A DNA stretch of 64,000 bases, from the NCBI GenBank assembly GCA_000434395.1, contig FR878777.1:29085-93084 (forward strand), in the 5' to 3' direction. Positions 57,488 to 64,000 of this stretch are shown piece after piece. This DNA comes from Clostridium sp. CAG:568 (GTDB lineage Bacteria; Bacillota_I; Bacilli_A; RFN20; CAG-288). Numbering within the stretch: the stretch's first letter is position 1; the number at the start of each line of letters is the position of its first letter. The position numbers and the translations under genes were made by a program. Under the pieces are notes generated by a model. It did not search any database. It saw only the letters and a program-made list of their open reading frames with translations, and was not told the origin of the DNA.

Positions 57488-58525
57488 TTAATCCTCCTTA
57501 GAAAACTGCTTTAAGAAATCGACATCATCAGTATAGAACCTATGTATATCGTCGATTCCATATAAAAGCATTGCAACACGTTCAATTCCTACTCCGAATG
57601 CGAAGCCTTGATATTTGTCAGGATCTATTCCATTTAATCTGAACACATCCGGATTGACCATACCTGCACCTAATATTTCAATCCAACCCGAACCTTTGCA
57701 TAAGCCACAACCTTTTCCATGGCATTCAAAGCATGACAAATCCACTTCAACACTAGGCTCAGTAAATGGGAAGAATGAAGGACGGAATCTAGCAGTGACT
57801 TTGGGACCGAATAGATACTGAAGAAGATCGGTCAAAGTTTTTTCGAGGTTTCCAAGATTGACATCTTCACCGATGACCAATCCCTCTACTTGACCGAATT
57901 CATGAGAATGAGTAGCATCGTTATCTCTACGATATACTTTACCAGGGCAAATAACTTTCAACGGAAGTTTCAAATCTTTAGCCTGCATAACTCTAGCTTG
58001 AACAGGTGAAGTATGGGACCTCAACAGCATTCCTTCAGATATAAAGAATGAATCTTGCATATCTCTGGCAGGATGATCTTTTGGAATGTTTAGGCATTCA
58101 AAATTGAAATAATCAGTCTCTACTTCAGGTCCATCCTTTACCTCATATCCATATCCGACGAAGAAATCCTCAATCTTCTTCACTACTTTTTCAAAAGGAT
58201 GCTCACTTCCTTTACCATAAGAATGACCTGGAAGAGTGACATCGATAGTTTCCTTTTGTAGTCTTTCATTTAGTTTTCTCTCTTCAATCAACTTTTTTTG
58301 CTCATCGAAAATAGATGCTAATTTTTCCTTGATCTCATTAATTCTTTGACCAAAAGCTTTCTTTTCCTCATTAGGAATATTCTTCATTTGAGCAAAAAGA
58401 CTGGTCAAAGGTCCTTTTTTTCCAAGATATTTTGCCTTTGAATTCATCAATGAAGGCATATCTTTACACGATGAAGCCTCATCTTTTGCTTCAGCCAAAA
58501 TCTTTTCATTATCCAAGTTTTCCAT
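57488..58525 (-). CDS. pheS: Phenylalanyl-tRNA synthetase alpha subunit
   Basis: It is 345 aa with class II motifs (FRPSFFPFTEPS, GFAFGVGIERVAML). Confidence 0.9.
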   Translation of the reverse strand: MENLDNEKILAEAKDEASSCKDMPSLMNSKAKYLGKKGPLTSLFAQMKNIPNEEKKAFGQRINEIKEKLASIFDEQKKLIEERKLNERLQKETIDVTLPGHSYGKGSEHPFEKVVKKIEDFFVGYGYEVKDGPEVETDYFNFECLNIPKDHPARDMQDSFFISEGMLLRSHTSPVQARVMQAKDLKLPLKVICPGKVYRRDNDATHSHEFGQVEGLVIGEDVNLGNLEKTLTDLLQYLFGPKVTARFRPSFFPFTEPSVEVDLSCFECHGKGCGLCKGSGWIEILGAGMVNPDVFRLNGIDPDKYQGFAFGVGIERVAMLLYGIDDIHRFYTDDVDFLKQFSKED

Positions 58526-58539
58526 ATCTATTCCTCCAA

Positions 58540-61500
58540 TTAATTGTTATCATCGCCTAGATTTAAGGAAGACAACAAATCCTGTGATAGTTTATCAGTG
58601 TCAACATCTTCACTCTTATCTTCCTGCTCTTTAACTTTTAATTCTTCATTTAATCTTTGGACTTCATATTCGGAAGCTTTTTCCTTTTGGGATAACTCAG
58701 CCAACGAAGAACAAAGTTCATCTTTTTCTTTCTTTAAGTTTTCTATCTCTTCTTTCAATGAATCGATAGTGGAATCGTTCGCCGAAGAAGAAACATTTGC
58801 TAACTTTTCATTCAAAGAACGAATTTCTCCATCTTTTTCATTTAATTGATCATTTAATTTAGATATCTCATTTACTTTACTATCAAGAGTAGAGCTTGCA
58901 TTCTTTAAGGAGTCCGACTTCTCATCTACAATCGAATTTAGCCTTTCGATTTCAGTTTCAAAATCCTTGTTCTTATTAAGCAATTCTACAATATTCTTAT
59001 CTTTTTCAACAATGGATTTATTCAATTCATCCTTTGCATCAGAAAGAATTTGAATTTCATTTGCTGCTGAATTAATCTGGTCTTCATATGAAGAAATCTT
59101 GCCGTTCAATTCATTATATTTATTATCTTTATCTACCAATTCATTTTTAAGTTTTTCATTTGAAGAAGTCAATTCGGAATTGATTTCATTCAAAGATGAA
59201 AGCTTTTCATTCAATTGATTGATTTGATTTGAAGACTCCTCAATCGTTGAATTCGATGTATTGCGCTCTTCATTCAAACGATTCAATGATTCTTCTAATT
59301 CAGAGTTCTTCTTATTTGTTTCTTCTACCAGTTGTGAATTGTTTTGCTTCAAAGCTTCTATGGATGATTTCAATTCAGCTATTTCAGAATCCTTCTTTTC
59401 TAGAAGATCAACATTGGATGAATTGCTGTTGTCTAAATCATTTTTGATTGTGGAAAGGTCTAGTTTAAGTTGATCATTTTCATTCTTCATCTCTTCTAAT
59501 TTAGAATTCAGTAATTCCTTCTCTTTTTGAATCTCATCAAACTGATTCTTCAAAGAATCAAAGCTGTAATTCACGTTGGACAAATCATCATTTAAGTTAG
59601 AAATCCTATTTGAATATAGGCGTTCATTTCTTCTCTTCTCTAAGACGAGATTTCTATTCTTTTTCTCTAGATAATTCAATGTGCTTTGTTTCTGGTCAGC
59701 TTCTATCAAAAGTTCTTTCAACTGGTCAGATAACAAATGATTTACGAAACTCATCCTTTGCAGTTCTTTGATAGATGACAACCTATCTTTTTGACCCTCT
59801 TTGGAAAGATTGATATTGGCATTCTTCAAGCTTGTTGAAAGCAGAGTCAAATACTCGTTTTCTTTATTCGAATCATCGAGTTTTGATTTCAAGGCTGGAA
59901 CTTGAGCTTCTAATTCATCTTTGATTTTAATTAAATCGTCCAACTTATCAGCTTCATTTTTTCTTGATTCTTCGATTACATCCTTGGATTGTTCCAATTG
60001 AGACAAAGCTTTATCCTTCTCATCAAGTTTCTTCTCTAGTTCATCAATCTTTGCCAATTCTTTTTCCAAAGATTCAATTTTATCTTTAAGCTGGGGAATT
60101 TGTTCATTCTCTTGCTTCAAAGAAAAGACAACATCTTCCAAATGAGATTTATCTTCTCTTTGCTTATTTATCTCCTCATTCTTTTTAGATAAATCATCCT
60201 GAAGTTTCTTATTCTCTTCAACTAATTTTTCATCATCAACACTTTCAACCACTTTAACTTCATTAGAGTTGGATGAATCATTATTTTCAGATTTGTCTTC
60301 TAAAGTATTCGATGATTCCTCGTATGGCTCAGCAGTTGTTTCCTCAGTCATATTTTTATTGATAGGCTCTTCTTCTTTAGATGAGTTAGAGAAATCTTCT
60401 TTATTGTCATCTGATTGATTTTGCTCTTGTTGAACACTTTCTTTATCAGATTCAACATCTTCATCGGATTTTAAATCTACAGAGCTATTGATCAACTTAG
60501 ACATGAAATCAGGTAAAATCAAATCATCCTCATCATCCTTTTGATCAGGTTCAGGAAGAATGTCGGGAGACACATCAGGAGCTAGTTCAACTTCGCCAGT
60601 TATCACTGCTTCATCTTCTTTCTTGTTGAAATGACATGCGACAACACCGACTGAAACTTCAGGATTTTGTTCTTCGCTAGTAGCTAATCCAAAGATAATA
60701 TTGGCCTGGGTTCCACAAGCTTTCTTAATATAATTTACAGCTTCTTGAGTATCTTCCAAAGATAAATCGTTACCACCTGAAATATTCACAATTAAAGATT
60801 GAGCACCTTTAATCGAACATTCCAACAATGGAGAAGAAACTGCATTAATAGCTGCTTTCAAAGCCTTCTTTTCGCCTTTGGCAGAACCGAAGCTAATCAA
60901 TGCAATTCCGGAGTTCTGCATAACAGATTTGACATCTGCGAAATCCAAATTGATAACACCGGAATTTTGAATGAGATCTGCGATAGTTTTAACGGCCAAC
61001 GATAAGACTGAGTCAGACTTTCTAAAAGCACCGTAAACACCTTGGTCTGCTTCTTTAAGGAACAATCTATCGTTAGGAACAACGATATATGAATCGACAT
61101 TCTGTTTAAGTTTGTTGATTCCTTCAACAGCATTGTTATGACGGGACAATCCTTCAAAACTAAATGGCTTGGTGATGACTGCAACAGTCAACGCACCAGC
61201 TTCTTTTGCAGCCTTGGCAATGATTGGACTAGCACCTGTGCCCGTTCCACCACCCATTCCGGCGGCAAGGAATACCATATCAGCACCCTTTACGATTTGC
61301 TTAATCTCAGATAAAGATTGGGATGCCGCTATTTCACCCATTCTAGGTATACCACCGGCACCTCTACCTCTTTTCTCACCACTACCCAATAAAAGTTTGT
61401 TGGAGCACATGGATTGATTCAAAGCTTGAGCATCAGTATTCATAACCCAAAATTCTACATGTTCAATCTTATCTTTGATCATTTTGTTTACAGCATTACA

Positions 61501-61602
61501 ACCAGCGCCACCGGCACCGATTACTATAATCTTGCAATGATCTTCGTAACTCTTAATATCTTTAGTAGATAAATCATGAGAATTGTTTATATTTTCAATC
61601 AT
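58540..61602 (-). CDS. ftsZ: FtsZ with a C-terminal coiled-coil extension of about 650 aa
   Basis: The N-terminal 330 aa form a canonical tubulin-like GTPase (IIVIGAGGAGCNAVNKM, GMGGGTGTGASPIIA). A conserved C-terminal-peptide-like motif DDLILPDFMSKL sits at about aa 356-367. It is followed by an acidic segment and then about 600 aa of heptad-rich E/K/N/S/L sequence in a single open frame. Confidence 0.85.
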   Translation of the reverse strand: MIENINNSHDLSTKDIKSYEDHCKIIVIGAGGAGCNAVNKMIKDKIEHVEFWVMNTDAQALNQSMCSNKLLLGSGEKRGRGAGGIPRMGEIAASQSLSEIKQIVKGADMVFLAAGMGGGTGTGASPIIAKAAKEAGALTVAVITKPFSFEGLSRHNNAVEGINKLKQNVDSYIVVPNDRLFLKEADQGVYGAFRKSDSVLSLAVKTIADLIQNSGVINLDFADVKSVMQNSGIALISFGSAKGEKKALKAAINAVSSPLLECSIKGAQSLIVNISGGNDLSLEDTQEAVNYIKKACGTQANIIFGLATSEEQNPEVSVGVVACHFNKKEDEAVITGEVELAPDVSPDILPEPDQKDDEDDLILPDFMSKLINSSVDLKSDEDVESDKESVQQEQNQSDDNKEDFSNSSKEEEPINKNMTEETTAEPYEESSNTLEDKSENNDSSNSNEVKVVESVDDEKLVEENKKLQDDLSKKNEEINKQREDKSHLEDVVFSLKQENEQIPQLKDKIESLEKELAKIDELEKKLDEKDKALSQLEQSKDVIEESRKNEADKLDDLIKIKDELEAQVPALKSKLDDSNKENEYLTLLSTSLKNANINLSKEGQKDRLSSIKELQRMSFVNHLLSDQLKELLIEADQKQSTLNYLEKKNRNLVLEKRRNERLYSNRISNLNDDLSNVNYSFDSLKNQFDEIQKEKELLNSKLEEMKNENDQLKLDLSTIKNDLDNSNSSNVDLLEKKDSEIAELKSSIEALKQNNSQLVEETNKKNSELEESLNRLNEERNTSNSTIEESSNQINQLNEKLSSLNEINSELTSSNEKLKNELVDKDNKYNELNGKISSYEDQINSAANEIQILSDAKDELNKSIVEKDKNIVELLNKNKDFETEIERLNSIVDEKSDSLKNASSTLDSKVNEISKLNDQLNEKDGEIRSLNEKLANVSSSANDSTIDSLKEEIENLKKEKDELCSSLAELSQKEKASEYEVQRLNEELKVKEQEDKSEDVDTDKLSQDLLSSLNLGDDNN

Positions 61603-61620
61603 TTTTCTGTCCTCCTTTTA

Positions 61621-62835
61621 TTACGATTTGGAACCATTGACTGGGTCTCTAGCCAGAACTCTAGTCAAACTGTCGTTACTTCCAAGATAGGTATGCCTAT
61701 CAGCCAGTAACAACCCACCTGCTAAATCCGTATAAGTCCTTAAGTGAGCTCCAATCAGATTGACCGATAGATCAGCAGTCATAATGCCTAACGTTGATTT
61801 ACTATAATCGACTATACCATTTATTAGGCTTCCACTTCCGCTTAGAAGCATTACATTTGGTGCAACATATGATCCATTATTTACACATTCATCTTTAATA
61901 ACTTTATCAATCTTATCGAACAATTCTTTCAATGCGTTCTTTGCTTCTTCAATGAATTCGATTTGATTAAAACCATCTTCAATTTTCATTGGAATAGGAA
62001 TCGTAGGATCAACACCTATGGATTGAAGAAGATCGTTCGCCTTAACCTTTGATATTTTTAAATCTAACGATATTTTATTTACGACATTTTGAATGCCATA
62101 TGGAATATCTATCACTTTAGTGATGAACCCATTCTTCAAGAAAGCAAAGCCAGTAAAGCTATTCTCTAAATAAACATAAACCAAATTAGACAATCTATTC
62201 TTAGTACAAAAATTGACCATTTTTTTATAATAATAAAAAGCTGAAGCATATGTGGATATGTTCTTGAATGAAATATCAAATCCGGCTTTCCTCACCACAT
62301 CAGTAAATTGGTCGTATGTCGACTTTTTCATAAGTATTCCAGCAGAAGTGATGCTGAGTAAACGGCAAGTCTTACCTAAGTGAAAATCAAAATATGTCTT
62401 CTTATCCTCTTCTTCATTTTGACTTGAAGCATATTGATAAAACAATGGCACGATATCGATAGAATATGCGTCTTTATCATAGCTCAATGAATTGCCGAAG
62501 ATATTGACACAGTTCTTCACATCGGTATAGTTGCAAGTGACATTGGATATATAAGTTCCCTTTTTATCGTTGATCAATGTACATCCTTTACAAGGCATGA
62601 GCAAGGCGACATTGTTTATATTTTGATTCATGTTCTTTGCTAATTCACCGACAGCCTTTTGAATAGCTTCAACAGCTCTATTTTGGTCGACCAATTGCCC
62701 ATCGACTACCAAACCACTACATCCGATATCGACGGCGTTTGCGACATAAGGCATATTGTTCATTACATAACCAGCCATAGCTTTAACACCATCTGAATAA
62801 ATACTAACTACGGTAGTAAATTTGAAGTCATTCAT
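61621..62835 (-). CDS. ftsA: Cell division protein FtsA
   Basis: It is 404 aa with an actin-like ATPase fold (DIGCSGLVV, MLLSGSGSLINGI), immediately upstream of ftsZ. Confidence 0.8.
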   Translation of the reverse strand: MNDFKFTTVVSIYSDGVKAMAGYVMNNMPYVANAVDIGCSGLVVDGQLVDQNRAVEAIQKAVGELAKNMNQNINNVALLMPCKGCTLINDKKGTYISNVTCNYTDVKNCVNIFGNSLSYDKDAYSIDIVPLFYQYASSQNEEEDKKTYFDFHLGKTCRLLSITSAGILMKKSTYDQFTDVVRKAGFDISFKNISTYASAFYYYKKMVNFCTKNRLSNLVYVYLENSFTGFAFLKNGFITKVIDIPYGIQNVVNKISLDLKISKVKANDLLQSIGVDPTIPIPMKIEDGFNQIEFIEEAKNALKELFDKIDKVIKDECVNNGSYVAPNVMLLSGSGSLINGIVDYSKSTLGIMTADLSVNLIGAHLRTYTDLAGGLLLADRHTYLGSNDSLTRVLARDPVNGSKS

Positions 62836-62838
62836 AGT

Positions 62839-63786
62839 TCAAGCCTCCTTATTTTCATATTTAGCAGAAACCACTCCGTCACTACTTATTTTATAAACAA
62901 GCGTATACCAACCATCAACTTTCAACGATTTATCTTTGAACTTGGGAACAAACTCATCACTTTTCATCTTATAGTCTGAAAACGATCCATTTGTGAGTTT
63001 GTCGATTTCAAGAATGCGATTTTCATGAGAGAAATCAAACAATAAGTCTTTATCAACTCTTACTCTTAAATTCAAGTCAGGTTCACTTTCACTTTTCCAA
63101 TAAAACAGATATGAACCAGAACTAGCATCATATCTAACACCTCTTAACCCTAAACTAGAATTAGGGTCATATTTTTCTAACAATTCCCAGGCATAAAATA
63201 AATTAGGTATAGAAGTTGAATGATTATCTCCTAAAGATGGATCATCCAAGAAAGGAACTAATTTGGATTTCTTGTCGGGGTAGTGATTTAAAATCCAATC
63301 TTCTTTCTCAGTGTTATCAGCACTAGAAATAGGATACAAATTGCCATCAGTTAGGTAGTTTTGCTCATCGATTGAAACGATAGGAAACAAATCAGCAAAA
63401 CTAACTTTCAATGAAAAAGGAGTCTTAGTGACTACTGGTTCGATTTTGTCGCAAACAAAATCAGCATTTTTCAAATTCGAAGCTGCTTTTTTTACGTCTA
63501 TAAAAGCAGAATAAGTGTCATCTGTAAGCCCAAGTCCACTAATTATGTCATTCCTACTGATCAGTGTAGTTCTATTCAGCATCTCATCACTTTCAGAGAA
63601 AACTTTTTGAGTTCCTTTCAAGTATGTTTCAATATGCAAAGAACGTACTTTAGCTTGAGGAATTGTCAAATAAACGATTAAGAAAACTATTGATGAGCAA
63701 AAGAAAACTCCGCTAATAATTTGTTTCCAAAGCAAATTTTTCTTAATTCTTTTAACTTCGGCAACTCCATCGAAAGACTCCATCAA
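62839..63786 (-). CDS. divIB: Cell division protein DivIB/FtsQ-like
   Basis: It is 315 aa with a short cytoplasmic N-terminus, one TM helix (IISGVFFCSSIVFLIVYLTI) and an extracytoplasmic POTRA-like region, upstream of ftsA. Confidence 0.6.
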   Translation of the reverse strand: MMESFDGVAEVKRIKKNLLWKQIISGVFFCSSIVFLIVYLTIPQAKVRSLHIETYLKGTQKVFSESDEMLNRTTLISRNDIISGLGLTDDTYSAFIDVKKAASNLKNADFVCDKIEPVVTKTPFSLKVSFADLFPIVSIDEQNYLTDGNLYPISSADNTEKEDWILNHYPDKKSKLVPFLDDPSLGDNHSTSIPNLFYAWELLEKYDPNSSLGLRGVRYDASSGSYLFYWKSESEPDLNLRVRVDKDLLFDFSHENRILEIDKLTNGSFSDYKMKSDEFVPKFKDKSLKVDGWYTLVYKISSDGVVSAKYENKEA

Positions 63787-63852
63787 AAAAGCCTCCTAAG
63801 ATACTTTTAATATTATATATTAAAAGAGATAATTTCTTAGAGGTTTTATATA

Positions 63853-64000
63853 TTATTTGCTAGCCTTTAGAAGCTTCTTTGCTCCATCCAAAGAATTGTT
63901 GATTGAGCGATAGTAAGACATGAATAATTTTCCACTTTTTTTCAAAATAGTTTTAGCACTTTCATCTATTCCCTTCATTCCACCGACAAAAAAGAATAAG
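63853..64000 (-). CDS. 3' end of an unidentified gene that runs off the window
   Basis: The open frame on the minus strand ends ...LFFVGGMKGIDESAKTILKKSGKLFMSYYRSINNSLDGAKKLLKASK* with its stop at 63853-63855. The gene is upstream of divIB. Confidence 0.3.
   Translation of the reverse strand, partial: LFFFVGGMKGIDESAKTILKKSGKLFMSYYRSINNSLDGAKKLLKASK

Noticed and set aside
58540-60480. Tandem-repeat or CRISPR-like periodicity in the ftsZ 3' half
   Set aside because: The repetitiveness is at the amino-acid heptad level (a coiled coil of E/K/N/S/L codons). There are no direct DNA repeats with unique spacers, so it is not a CRISPR array or an IS element.

Overview
This is an AT-rich, low-GC Firmicutes-type chromosomal window, densely coding and almost entirely housekeeping. 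TGA is used as a stop codon, and the gene order repeats several Bacillus-like blocks. On the plus strand a 5'-truncated tex is followed by yqhY-like/Asp23, nusB, xseA, xseB, dxs, recN, dinB and an overlapping xerD-like recombinase. On the minus strand the blocks are mtnN, rsfS, a nadD-yqeK fusion, yqeH and yqeG; parC and parE; rpmG, efp and a yneF-like gene; glxK; nfo, cshB-like, aspS, hisS, relA and apt; then a long run reading ybeY, cdd, era, recO, glyQS (single-chain), dnaG, a sigma-like gene, rpoD, trmK and a second sigma-like gene. These are followed by a C39-peptidase/TM protein, a degenerate DnaI-like gene and a DnaB(DnaD-domain)-like gene, then plsY, ispG, ispH, pfkA, pyk, a ROK kinase and thrS. 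The window ends with mraZ, rsmH, a short FtsL-like ORF, yceD-like, pheS and pheT, and a divIB-ftsA-ftsZ cluster in which FtsZ is 1020 aa with a roughly 650-aa coiled-coil tail. Two GC-enriched 300-360 nt stretches with no ORFs (about 21100-21400 and 23880-24240) look like structured RNAs of unknown class. There is no CRISPR array, no mobile element and no obvious defense system. The most unusual items are the extended FtsZ, the DnaI-position protein lacking Walker motifs, the C39+TM protein that replaces yqfF next to ybeY, the two divergent sigma-70 paralogs flanking rpoD, and an EF-P without the PGKG loop.
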